Below, in pieces: positions 1 to 8,397 of a stretch of 64,000 nucleotides of DNA (its first letter is position 1; each line of letters begins with the position of its first letter). Source of the DNA: Chloroflexota bacterium. Lineage in GTDB: Bacteria > Chloroflexota > Anaerolineae > JACRMK01. The stretch lies in the NCBI GenBank assembly GCA_016235055.1, contig JACRMK010000009.1, positions 24,435 to 88,434 on the forward strand. Direction: 5' to 3'. Position numbers and translations under genes: made by a program. Below the pieces are notes generated by a model. The model saw only the letters and a program-made list of their open reading frames with translations. It had not been told where the DNA came from and made no database searches.

Positions 1-1313
1 CCAAGAACCTGCACCGCGAATCGACATTCCGGCTCGCCGAGCGCGAAGCGCTGCTCGTAGACGGCATCCTGTGCTGGGAAGACGTGGATGCGTTCCTTCA
101 TTTGAATGAAACACAGGACAACGAAGGCGATCACCGCGCCTTCGTGCAGAGCCTGTCGCAGTGCAGCGTGCCGGTCGTCCTGCTGGCGCACAAGGCGTGG
201 GAGCCGGCGCACGAACTCGGCCACCGCCCATATCTGCGCCTGGAGTTGCCAGATCCGACCTACGCCGAGCGGCGCGGGGTCTGGGCGAACGCACTCGGTG
301 ACGACGCTCCCATCATCGGCGACACGGCGCTGACGGCGCTTACCGGCCGCTTCCGCCTGACGACCGGGCAGATTCACGACGCCGTCGCCCGCGCGCGCAC
401 GCTCGCCTGGGTGCGCGACCCGCTGGGGCGCATCACTGCCGCAGATATCGACAACGCCTGCCGCAACCAGGCCCAGCACCGGCTCTCCAGCCTGGCCCGC
501 AAGCTGAACGTTCGGTACACCTGGGATGACATCGTCCTGCCGCGCCAGCAACTGGCCACGCTGAAGATGATCTGCATGACGATCCGCCAACGGCCGATCG
601 TGTACGGCGACTGGGGCTTCGATCGCAAACTGGCGATGGGCAAGGGGCTGATCTCGCTATTCGCCGGACCGTCCGGCACCGGCAAGACGATGGCGGCCGA
701 GATCATCGCAAACGATCTCGGGCTCGATGTGTTCAAGATCGACCTATCGGCCGTCGTGAGCAAGTATATCGGCGAGACCGAGAAAAACCTGGAGAAGATC
801 TTTAGCGAAGCGCAGGACAGCGACGCCATCCTGTTCTTTGACGAGGCCGACGCGCTCTTCGGCAAACGGTCGGAGGTCAAGGACGCGCACGACCGCTACG
901 CCAACATTGAGACCGCCTATCTGCTGCAGCGCACAGAAGAGTACAATGGGCTCGTGATTCTGGCGAGCAATATCAAGAAGAACATGGACGAGGCGTTCGT
1001 GCGCCGCATTCACTTCATGGTGGACTTCCCGTTCCCCGAGGAGACCGAGCGGTTCGAGATCTGGCGGCGCACTTTCCCCGCGCAGGCGCCGCGCGACGGC
1101 GATATCGACTTCGACTTCCTGGCGCGCAAGTTCAAGATCACCGGCGGCAATATCCGCAACATCGTGCTGGCCTCCGCGTTCCTGGCTGCAGACGAGGGCG
1201 CGCCGATCGCCATGCGCCACCTGGTGCGCGGCGCCAGCTACGAATTCCAGAAGATGGGCAAGTTGGTCGTTCCCAACGATTTCGAGCAGTACTTCGACTA
1301 CGTCAAAGGCTAA
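1..1313 (+). CDS. AAA+ ATPase of contractile-injection-system loci (Afp15/Cis15-like), 5'-truncated by window edge
   Basis: The frame of ORF 84..1313 stays open back to nt 3 (KNLHRESTFRLAEREALLVDGILCWEDV...), so the true N-terminus lies upstream of the window. Walker A GPSGTGKTM. Walker B ILFFDEADALF. CDC48/FtsH-like region ASNIKKNMDEAFVRRI. Same operon as the sheath, tube and baseplate genes. Confidence 0.85.
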   Translation, partial: KNLHRESTFRLAEREALLVDGILCWEDVDAFLHLNETQDNEGDHRAFVQSLSQCSVPVVLLAHKAWEPAHELGHRPYLRLELPDPTYAERRGVWANALGDDAPIIGDTALTALTGRFRLTTGQIHDAVARARTLAWVRDPLGRITAADIDNACRNQAQHRLSSLARKLNVRYTWDDIVLPRQQLATLKMICMTIRQRPIVYGDWGFDRKLAMGKGLISLFAGPSGTGKTMAAEIIANDLGLDVFKIDLSAVVSKYIGETEKNLEKIFSEAQDSDAILFFDEADALFGKRSEVKDAHDRYANIETAYLLQRTEEYNGLVILASNIKKNMDEAFVRRIHFMVDFPFPEETERFEIWRRTFPAQAPRDGDIDFDFLARKFKITGGNIRNIVLASAFLAADEGAPIAMRHLVRGASYEFQKMGKLVVPNDFEQYFDYVKG

Positions 1314-1341
1314 GAGCTAACCACCCACACGAGGCCATACT

Positions 1342-2013
1342 GTGACCGATACGCAGGGTACGCCGGAACCATTCCCCGCCATGGAGCGGGGACTGCGCTT
1401 CGCCCATGTGATGATGTCCGTGATGCAGGACCAGGGCAACGAGGCGATCGCCTACGTGCAGGCGCTGACCGACTTGCTGGTTGAGAAAGGCGTGCTGCAG
1501 GCGGACGAGATCGAGGCCCCGCTCGAACGCGCGCGCGAGGAAGTCGGCAAGGTCGTCGTGCCGCGCGTGCGCCTGGCCGATCTGGGCGACAAGTACGAGT
1601 CGGGCGAGAATATCATCATCGACTGCGCCAGCCTGATACCGCTCTGTCAGGCGCGCTGCTGCACCTTCCGATTCTTCCTGACGAAGCAGGACCTGGACGA
1701 AGGCATCGCGCGCTGGGACTACGGCAACCCGTACTGGATCCGGCAGAATGACGACGGCTACTGCAGCCACAGCCACACGCCGACGCGCGGCTGCACGATC
1801 CACGCGAACCGCCCGCACGTCTGCCGCAATTACGACTGCCGCAAGGACAAGCGCGTCTGGCTCGACTTCGAGAAGCGCATTCCGGCGCCAATGCCGGAAC
1901 TGTCCGGCAACGCGCCCGTTGCCATGGCCGAGGTGGCGCTTCAGAATTCACGCAAGAACGGGAACGAACCGGCCGCCAGCGATGTCGGATTTGCGCCGCG
2001 AGACGCAAGCTAG
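1342..2013 (+). CDS. Cysteine-cluster protein, CxxCxxCC-type putative Zn/Fe-chelating domain (YkgJ/UPF0153-like)
   Basis: GTG start 28 nt after the ATPase stop. The C-terminal half has the Cys pattern DCASLIPLCQARCC ... YCSHSHTPTRGC ... HVCRNYDC. The N-terminal ~90 aa look helical and unassigned. Confidence 0.55.
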   Translation: MTDTQGTPEPFPAMERGLRFAHVMMSVMQDQGNEAIAYVQALTDLLVEKGVLQADEIEAPLERAREEVGKVVVPRVRLADLGDKYESGENIIIDCASLIPLCQARCCTFRFFLTKQDLDEGIARWDYGNPYWIRQNDDGYCSHSHTPTRGCTIHANRPHVCRNYDCRKDKRVWLDFEKRIPAPMPELSGNAPVAMAEVALQNSRKNGNEPAASDVGFAPRDAS

Positions 2014-2017
2014 GCGT

Positions 2018-2066
2018 TTGTCACATCTGACATTTGTCGCTAAACTGTCTGTGACCGATCGATCAC
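2018..2066 (+). promoter_or_regulatory. Candidate sigma70-type promoter with two palindromic operator-like sites upstream of the effector-like module
   Basis: TTGTCA (2018-2023), 17-nt spacer, TAAACT (2041-2046). Inverted repeat TGTCA-N4-TGACA (2019-2032) overlaps the -35. Near-palindrome GTGACCGATCGATCAC (2051-2066, 14/16 symmetric) lies just downstream of the -10. Located in the 78-nt gap before the ATG at 2091. Confidence 0.35.
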
Positions 2067-2090
2067 CTTGCAGGGGGAGCAGCGTGTTCG

Positions 2091-3668
2091 ATGACCAGTG
2101 AACCTGGCTTGCGCCGCCTCAGGCGCAAGCGAAAATCAAACAGTTCCGAGCGCGACTCATTGGCCGTGCGCCGCAGCGAAGCCGCTGCTGCGGAACCCGG
2201 CGAGTCCGTTGTGTCTGAGCCCGCACTGCCGCTAGACAGTGTCGCGTTTGCGCGCGCCGATTCTGCTACGCGCGCCCGTTCCGTGTCGGATTTACAGCAA
2301 GCGCACGGCAATGCGTTCGTTCAGCGCCAAATCGTGCAGCGCCAGCCCGATGCCGAACAAACCGCACGCCGCGCCTTCATCGCGCGCGGTTTGATGCCCA
2401 ATGCAAACGGGCTGGATACCCGCGCGACCACCACGCAGGGCGGCGGATTCAATGCACGGTTTGACCCGTCGAGCGGGGAACTACTGATCCGGCTGAGAGT
2501 CGGCATCAACTTCCTGGATGGCATCAATATTACCGATGCCGCGACCGGCGCCATCGCGCCCGCCACGGCCGACTTTGCCGGTGCGGCCCGAACAATTCGT
2601 ACCCTGCATCCCGACGCGCCCTCGCGGGTGGCCGACGTCACGGCCAACTGGCAGTGGAACGCGGGCGCCAAGACTCAGTGGGCGCGCGATTACGCGACGG
2701 CGGCGCAAACGGCGTGGGGCGGCAAGCACTACTTCCACTCCAGACGCTGGCCCGATCTGAGCGCCAGCGTGCGCGTTGAGATGGACGTGCATGACGGCCA
2801 TCGCGCAACTGATCACTGCAAGGCGACGGTCTACAAGTCGACCAGCGGCTTTTCCGATATGGGCGCTTCAGTGGATTACTCTGGCGCGTCTGGAACGGGC
2901 TACCGGGCGCGCTTTGCCAGTTCGGCCCTGGGTGCTCCGCTCGATTTCCTGAACTACCGCCTCGAATACCCATCCGGGGGCGTCTCCGTCGCACAGGCAA
3001 CCGGCGCAACCTCGCTCGGCGCCGGCGATCCCGGCCCAACCTATCTTAACAAGTTCATCGCCGATTTTCAGCGCGGCCGCGTCGGGGAAGGCGCGCCCGT
3101 GCACCTCATTGGCCATGCCAGCGCCGGCGGCAACCCGGCGGCAAACCAGCGCATCTCCGACCGGCGTGCACAGAACGTCGCCGCCTATCTGCGGTCGAGC
3201 GGGCAGCGGATTGCCGGCAGCCGGATCGACGCATCGGGCGTCGGCGCCGAGGGCGCGACGGCCGCCGACGAGTGGCGGCGGGTGGACATTCAGGTCGGCA
3301 GCGGGCAGGCGCAGGTCACCATGATCCACGAGACCGGGCACATGTTCGGCCTCGGAGACGAGTACGCCTCGCCGGCGGGCGGTTTTGCGCCCGGCGCGGG
3401 AACGCCCGGCACTATCGGGCAGCCGGCCCAACATGGCGCGCTGGCCAGCGCGATGGGCGGCGGCGTGCAGGGCGCAGTTTACGAGAACAACGATAACATC
3501 ATGTCGGTGGGAAACGTGGTTCGCCCGCAACACTACGCGACATTCCTGGAGGCGCTCAACGCGGTCGCCACACCCGAAGCGTTCGAGTACGGCGGCCCCG
3601 GCCGCCGGCCGCTTAGCCCGGTGGACCTCGTGCGTCCGCCTGGTCCTCCGGGTACGGCAGTGGCGTGA
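2091..3668 (+). CDS. Candidate CIS effector: disordered basic N-terminus + OmpA_C-like peptidoglycan-binding module + zincin HExxHxxGxxD metallopeptidase motif
   Basis: OmpA_C-like stretch HLIGHASAGGNPAANQRISDRRAQNVAAYLRSSGQRIAGSRIDASGVGAEG...WRRVDIQV. Zinc motif MIHETGHMFGLGDEY (snapalysin-type spacing), with NIMSVG downstream as a possible Met-turn. The first ~90 aa are basic and low-complexity and end in LQQAHGNAFVQRQIVQRQ, a motif shared with 4111..4833. Confidence 0.6.
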   Translation: MTSEPGLRRLRRKRKSNSSERDSLAVRRSEAAAAEPGESVVSEPALPLDSVAFARADSATRARSVSDLQQAHGNAFVQRQIVQRQPDAEQTARRAFIARGLMPNANGLDTRATTTQGGGFNARFDPSSGELLIRLRVGINFLDGINITDAATGAIAPATADFAGAARTIRTLHPDAPSRVADVTANWQWNAGAKTQWARDYATAAQTAWGGKHYFHSRRWPDLSASVRVEMDVHDGHRATDHCKATVYKSTSGFSDMGASVDYSGASGTGYRARFASSALGAPLDFLNYRLEYPSGGVSVAQATGATSLGAGDPGPTYLNKFIADFQRGRVGEGAPVHLIGHASAGGNPAANQRISDRRAQNVAAYLRSSGQRIAGSRIDASGVGAEGATAADEWRRVDIQVGSGQAQVTMIHETGHMFGLGDEYASPAGGFAPGAGTPGTIGQPAQHGALASAMGGGVQGAVYENNDNIMSVGNVVRPQHYATFLEALNAVATPEAFEYGGPGRRPLSPVDLVRPPGPPGTAVA

Positions 3669-4054
3669 TGAGCGACGACGTGTTGGTCAGCTACACAACA
3701 TATCCGGTCCGAGGACGGTCATCGGCGCTTCGGATCTACGCTGATGGGCGCGTCGAAGATCGAATCGGCGAGCAGGCGTGGAAAGCTGTCACGCGGCTCG
3801 GCCCGCGCCAGATCGCAGACGTGCGCAAGCACCTGCATGCGTCGGGCATCTTTGAGCGCGCGGCGAGCGCCGCAACGCCAGCGGCAACAGCCCACGGCGG
3901 CGTCTGCACCTGGCTGGCGCATGACAACGGGCGACGGGCTGAGGTGACGGTCGAGCCGTGGAACGACGACAATCCCGCGGCCACTCCATTAAGGTTGCTC
4001 GCTTTGCAAATGGATGCAGTGATTGGCGCGGCGCAGGACGGTCGCATCGAGTAG
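3665..4054 (+). CDS. Hypothetical small protein translationally coupled to the zincin gene (candidate inhibitor/immunity or chaperone)
   Basis: GTG 3665 and ATG 3668 overlap the upstream TGA stop (3666-3668). 129 aa with no recognisable motif. Confidence 0.45.
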   Translation: MMSDDVLVSYTTYPVRGRSSALRIYADGRVEDRIGEQAWKAVTRLGPRQIADVRKHLHASGIFERAASAATPAATAHGGVCTWLAHDNGRRAEVTVEPWNDDNPAATPLRLLALQMDAVIGAAQDGRIE

Positions 4055-4110
4055 CAGGCCGATGACGCGAACGCTTGTCCGTTCGCGTGCGGCCAATTCG
4101 GGAGGCCATC

Positions 4111-4833
4111 ATGTCCAACGAATATGATCGAGTGCAGCACGAGCGCGAAGGCGCGCGACAGACCAAACCGGCCGAGTTCCAGGAAGCGCCCGGCGAGACC
4201 GAAGCGGAGGCGATGAGCCGCGCCTTCGTTCAGAACGCGGGCACGCAGCCGGCACAGATTGCCTCGGCGCTGTCGAGCGCCGACGGTTCGATGCGCGCCC
4301 AGGCGCTGAGCCGTCTGCAGCAGGAACGAGGCAATGCATACGTGCAGCGCGTGGTCTCCGAGTCCAAGGGCGCGCCCGGCCGCATGGTCGGCCTGTCGCA
4401 GCCGGACATGGTCGATGAAGTCCTACAGCGCAAAGGCTCCGGCCAGGCGTTGCCCGACACAGCGCGCGCCCCCATGGAGTCGCAATTCGACGCGGATCTG
4501 TCGGACGTGCGGGTGCACACCGATGGCGAGGCCAAGACGCTCAACCGCGAACTCGATGCGCAGGCCTTCACGGTCGGCAAGGACATCTTCTTCTCCGAAG
4601 GCAAATACAACCCGACGAGCAGCGACGGCATGGGCCTGCTGGCCCATGAGATGACGCACGTGGGGCAGCAGGTCGGCTTCGGCGGCGCGGTGCAGCGCGA
4701 GGCGGCTGCGGAGGAGGACGAAGACACGCTCCAGCGCCAGGCCGTGCAGCGAGCGCCCGAAGAAGATGAGATGCCGCCGCGGGCGGCCGCGGAGAACAAG
4801 AAACCAGACGAAGAAGCCGCCGCAGCCACATGA
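4111..4833 (+). CDS. DUF4157 ('eCIS core domain') protein with HExxH motif
   Basis: ESQFDADLSDVRVHTDGEAKTLNRELDAQAFTVGKDIFFSEGKYNP...GLLAHEMTHVGQQ fits the DUF4157 pattern. ATG 4111 is preferred over the ORF-track start 4075 because GGGAGG lies about 6 nt upstream. The N-terminal region carries LQQERGNAYVQRVV. The acidic C-terminus has LQRQAVQR. Confidence 0.75.
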   Translation: MSNEYDRVQHEREGARQTKPAEFQEAPGETEAEAMSRAFVQNAGTQPAQIASALSSADGSMRAQALSRLQQERGNAYVQRVVSESKGAPGRMVGLSQPDMVDEVLQRKGSGQALPDTARAPMESQFDADLSDVRVHTDGEAKTLNRELDAQAFTVGKDIFFSEGKYNPTSSDGMGLLAHEMTHVGQQVGFGGAVQREAAAEEDEDTLQRQAVQRAPEEDEMPPRAAAENKKPDEEAAAAT

Positions 4834-5756
4834 TCAACGACCTGGACGAAACGCTGAAGGCGCTGCTGCTCAAGAAGGCCGCCCTCGACCCGTCCGAAGT
4901 GGATATCAGCTTCGATATCCCGACGCGCGAGTGGTCGACGCCTGTCACGCGCCCGACCGTCAACCTGTACCTGTTCGACATCCGCGAAAACCGGCAGTTG
5001 CGCGAGATGGACTGGGATGTCGAGTCGGGCACCAACGGGCAGGTCACGCGCAAGCGCATTCCGGTGCGTATTGACGTCTCGTACATGATCACCTGCTGGA
5101 CCAGCGCGGCCGAGGACCAGCATCGCCTGCTCTGGCGCGTGCTGGAAACGCTCTTCCGCCACTCGCCGCTGCCGGACGACGTGCTGGTGGGCGACATGCG
5201 CCGATTGCAGCGCCCGGCCCGCACCGAGGTGGCGCAACCCGACGGCATCCTCAAGAACGTATCGGACTTCTGGGGCGCGCTGGAAAACCAGTTGCGCCCG
5301 GCCATCAACCTGGTCGTCACGCTCGAGCTCGACCTGAACCAGGTGACGGTGTCGCCGATGGTCTTCGCGCAGGGCATCAAACTCGGCATGCCGGTCATTC
5401 GCCGCGACAATACCGGTCGCGAATATTACATGTCGGAGTTGCGCCCCGGCTGGGAACTGCTGCCGCTGCGGCTGGCCGGCATTGTGCGCGATCCGAAGGG
5501 ACAGCCTGTGGCCGGAGTCTCCGTGCGCATCGTCGGACAGACGCCGCGCGGCCCGGAGCAGTTCGGGCCCACCGTGGAGACCGACGCCAGCGGTCGCTAT
5601 CTGTTCGGTACGGTGCCGGCCGGCGAATACACGCTCATCGTCGAAGCCGCCGGCCAGGCGCCGAAGAACTACCCCTTTGCTGTGAAGATTGGGGAGCGGG
5701 GACAGATCATGCCCGCCTTCATCCATGAAGTGGAGGTGGCCATGGCCCCATCATGA
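4830..5756 (+). CDS. DUF4255/Pvc16_N-type tail terminator (Afp16/Cis16-like) with C-terminal carboxypeptidase-regulatory-like beta-sandwich
   Basis: ATGA start/stop overlap with the upstream gene (4830-4833). N-terminus MINDLDETLKALLL..VDISFDIPTREW..PTVNLYLFDIRENRQLR. C-terminus GIVRDPKGQPVAGVSVRIVGQ..TDASGRYLFGTVPAGEYTLIV. Confidence 0.8.
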   Translation: MINDLDETLKALLLKKAALDPSEVDISFDIPTREWSTPVTRPTVNLYLFDIRENRQLREMDWDVESGTNGQVTRKRIPVRIDVSYMITCWTSAAEDQHRLLWRVLETLFRHSPLPDDVLVGDMRRLQRPARTEVAQPDGILKNVSDFWGALENQLRPAINLVVTLELDLNQVTVSPMVFAQGIKLGMPVIRRDNTGREYYMSELRPGWELLPLRLAGIVRDPKGQPVAGVSVRIVGQTPRGPEQFGPTVETDASGRYLFGTVPAGEYTLIVEAAGQAPKNYPFAVKIGERGQIMPAFIHEVEVAMAPS

Positions 5757-5827
5757 CCCCGCCACCCTGACCGTGCCGTGACCCAGTACGTAAATCAGAC
5801 CAACCGGAATCCTAAGAAGGAGGATCC

Positions 5828-7438
5828 ATGCCGTTCAACTACAAATCGCCTGGCGTATACGTCGAAGAAGTCGACAAAGGCGCGCGCCCCATCGAGTCGG
5901 CCGGCACATCGGTGCTGGCGCTTGTGGGATTCGTCGCCGATTCGATCAAGGTCGAAAAGCCGGGCCAGGGTACAGTCGTGCAGCCGACGCCGACTGCACC
6001 CACGCTGATTACCAACTGGACCGAATTCACAAACACATACGGTGATTTCGACCAGGCCGTGCCCGGCGGTTATCTGCATCATTCCGTGTTCGGCTATTTC
6101 CTGAATGGCGGCACGGGCATGTTCGTGGTCGGCCTGCCGGTCAAGGGCGCGGGCGGCGCGGTGCCGCAGTTAACGTCCGGCGAGGCGTACCTGTTGAACG
6201 CCGCAGGCCAGCGCCTGCTGCGCGTCGCCACCAGTGGGCCGATGAAGGAAGGTGACAAGATCAGTGTCGAAGCGCAGGCGGCAGCGTCGGATGCGCCAGA
6301 TGGCTCGTTCAACCTCGTCATCACGCGAAGCGGCGCGGCGCCTCAGACGATTGGCAACCTGACGACCGGCAAACCCGCTAAGGGTCAGCGCGCCGTCGCC
6401 GACGCCGTAGCCAAGGACACCGACAACGCGCTGAACGTGGAAATCGTCGAAGGCGCGAGCGGCGTGCCGGCCATCGGCTCGAAAGCAGCGCTGGCTCCGG
6501 CTGCGGCATCGGCCAAGCCGGTCATGGCCGACGCGCTCAAGGCGCAGGGCGCCAACAAGGTGTTCGTTGGCAATGCGGCGCAGCGCACCGGTATCGCCGG
6601 TCTCGAGGCAATCGACGAAGTGACGCTGGTCGCCTGCCCGGACATCATCGCCGCCTTCGAAGCGGGCGCCGCGTCCGAGGACGACGTCAAGGCCGTGCAA
6701 ACCGCCATCCTGAATCACTGCGAGGCGATGAAGGACCGCTTCGCGATTCTGGACATGCCGTCGAAGCTGAACGTGCAGGAAGCGATTGACTGGCGCAAGA
6801 ACCGGATGAATTTCGATTCGAAGTACGGCGCGCTGTATTATCCGTGGATCAAGGTCGCCGGCGCGACGATCCCGTCGAGCGGTTTCGTCGCCGGCGTGTA
6901 TGCGCGCGTGGACGGCGAGCGCGGCGTGCACAAGGCGCCCGCCAACGAAGTGGTGCGCGGCGCGATCGGCCTCGCGAACAACATTTCGCGCAACGAGCAG
7001 GACTTCCTGAACCCGATCGGCGTGAACTGCACTCGGGCATTCCCCGGCCGCGGCATCCGCATCTGGGGCGCGCGCACGCTGTCGAGCGACGCGCAGTGGC
7101 GCTATATCAACGTCCGCCGCCTGTTCGCGAACGTCGAGGAATCGATCCTGCAGGGCACGCAGTGGATCGTCTTCGAGCCGAACGATCAGGTGCTGTGGCG
7201 GCAGATTCGCCGCGACGTGTCGGCGTTCTTGAACGTCGTCTGGCGCAGCGGCGCGCTGTTCGGCGCGACCGCCGAAGAAGCGTTCTACGTCAAGTGCGAT
7301 CTGGAAACCAACCCAAAGGAGCTCCGCGACCTCGGCTATTGTATCGTTGAGGTCGGCATGGCGCCGGTCAAGCCGGCCGAATTTGTCGTCTTCCGCGTCA
7401 GCCAGAAATCCGACGGCGCGGGCTCGGCCAGCGAATAG
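5828..7438 (+). CDS. Contractile tail sheath protein (Cis2/Afp2-like)
   Basis: AAGGAGG RBS. N-terminus MPFNYKSPGVYVEEVD. C-terminal block KYGALYYPWIKV...GVHKAPANE...GVNCTRAFPGRGIRIWGARTL is typical of the phage tail sheath family. Confidence 0.92.
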   Translation: MPFNYKSPGVYVEEVDKGARPIESAGTSVLALVGFVADSIKVEKPGQGTVVQPTPTAPTLITNWTEFTNTYGDFDQAVPGGYLHHSVFGYFLNGGTGMFVVGLPVKGAGGAVPQLTSGEAYLLNAAGQRLLRVATSGPMKEGDKISVEAQAAASDAPDGSFNLVITRSGAAPQTIGNLTTGKPAKGQRAVADAVAKDTDNALNVEIVEGASGVPAIGSKAALAPAAASAKPVMADALKAQGANKVFVGNAAQRTGIAGLEAIDEVTLVACPDIIAAFEAGAASEDDVKAVQTAILNHCEAMKDRFAILDMPSKLNVQEAIDWRKNRMNFDSKYGALYYPWIKVAGATIPSSGFVAGVYARVDGERGVHKAPANEVVRGAIGLANNISRNEQDFLNPIGVNCTRAFPGRGIRIWGARTLSSDAQWRYINVRRLFANVEESILQGTQWIVFEPNDQVLWRQIRRDVSAFLNVVWRSGALFGATAEEAFYVKCDLETNPKELRDLGYCIVEVGMAPVKPAEFVVFRVSQKSDGAGSASE

Positions 7439-7499
7439 TCGCCGCGCAAGCGATTCGGCGCGACCGACCTAACAGCGAACATCACAGGAGGATTTTCCA

Positions 7500-7943
7500 A
7501 TGGCAGGACGCAAAGACCCCTTAATCGCACCACGGTTTGTGGTGAAGTTCGGCGACAAGATGGCGGGCTCGTTCCGCGAGTGCACCGTCGTCTCGGCCGA
7601 GCACGAAGTGGCGGAGTACAAGTTCGCCGACGACAAGGGCAACCCCGGTTACTATGCGGTGCCCGGGCGCATGAAGTTCGGCCGCATCACGCTGAAACGC
7701 GGCCTGACGAACGACATGAGCATGTGGAAATGGCGCAAGATGGTCGAGGACGGCAAGGTGAACGAAGCGCGCACCAACGGCTCGATCCTGATGTGCGACC
7801 AGGACGGTTCGCCGATCGCCGAGTTCAACTTCGAGCAGGCCTGGCCGCTGAAGGTCAGCGGCCCGGCGCCGAACGCGAACTCGAACGAGGTCTCGATGGA
7901 AGAGGTCGAGATCATCTGCGAGCGCGTCTACCGCGCCACGTAG
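7500..7943 (+). CDS. Tail tube protein (T4 gp19-like, Cis1/Afp1-like)
   Basis: AGGAGG RBS. 147 aa. PRFVVKFGDKMAGSFRECTVVSAEHEVAEYK...PGRMKFGRITLKRGL is a T4 gp19/CIS tube pattern. Lies directly after the sheath gene. Confidence 0.85.
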   Translation: MAGRKDPLIAPRFVVKFGDKMAGSFRECTVVSAEHEVAEYKFADDKGNPGYYAVPGRMKFGRITLKRGLTNDMSMWKWRKMVEDGKVNEARTNGSILMCDQDGSPIAEFNFEQAWPLKVSGPAPNANSNEVSMEEVEIICERVYRAT

Positions 7944-7998
7944 GTTCTTGGTTAACCGTTGCGGGGAAGGCGGTCAAGCCGGCCGCCTTCCCCATCCA

Positions 7999-8397
7999 AT
8001 GATGCCGGAGCGCACGATGCCACCAGTCAGCCCGCTGCAGCAGGAATTCGAATTCAGCTTGCCGAAAGGTTACGTGGACGATAACGGCAAGGTCCATAAG
8101 TCCGGCTTGATGCGCCTCTCCACCGCAATGGACGAGATTGCGCCGCTGCGCGACATGCGCGTGCGGAACAACCAGGCGTACCTCACCGTGGCGATCCTGG
8201 CGCGCGTGATCACCCGCCTCGGCGACCTGTCCGAAATCAATACGACGATCATCGAGAAGCTGTTCACCGGCGACTTGGCGTACCTGCAGGATTTCTATCG
8301 CCGGATCAACAGCGACGGCGAGAGCGCCATGAACGTGACGTGCCCGAACTGCGCGCACACGTTCCAGGTGGAGACCAACCCGGCGGGGGGATCGTAG
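7999..8397 (+). CDS. Tail assembly chaperone-like protein (P2 gpE / lambda gpG analog), 0-frame product
   Basis: Occupies the sheath-tube-chaperone position. LPKGYVDDNGKVHKSGLMRLSTAMDEIAPLRDMRVRNNQAYLTVAILARVITRLGDL..IIEKLFTGDLAYLQDFYRRIN resembles gpE-type chaperones. C-terminal CPNC zinc-ribbon-like half site. The start is ambiguous: ATG 7999/8002, or ATG 8017, which has GGAG 6 nt upstream. Confidence 0.6.
   Translation: MMPERTMPPVSPLQQEFEFSLPKGYVDDNGKVHKSGLMRLSTAMDEIAPLRDMRVRNNQAYLTVAILARVITRLGDLSEINTTIIEKLFTGDLAYLQDFYRRINSDGESAMNVTCPNCAHTFQVETNPAGGS

Noticed and set aside
4230-5726. Long antisense or off-frame ORFs throughout the window. Examples: 4230..5726(-), 12720..14378(-), 15204..16805(-), 18761..19933(-), 25111..26076(-), 28613..30364(-), 35487..37487(-), 41048..42016(-), 47614..49470(+), 54009..54926(+), 55765..57138(+), 57596..58573(+).
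   Set aside because: Their translations are Arg/Ala/Gly/His-rich and low-complexity with no motifs. Each lies opposite or out of frame to an ORF with clear family signatures. This is the expected artefact of high GC content suppressing stop codons.
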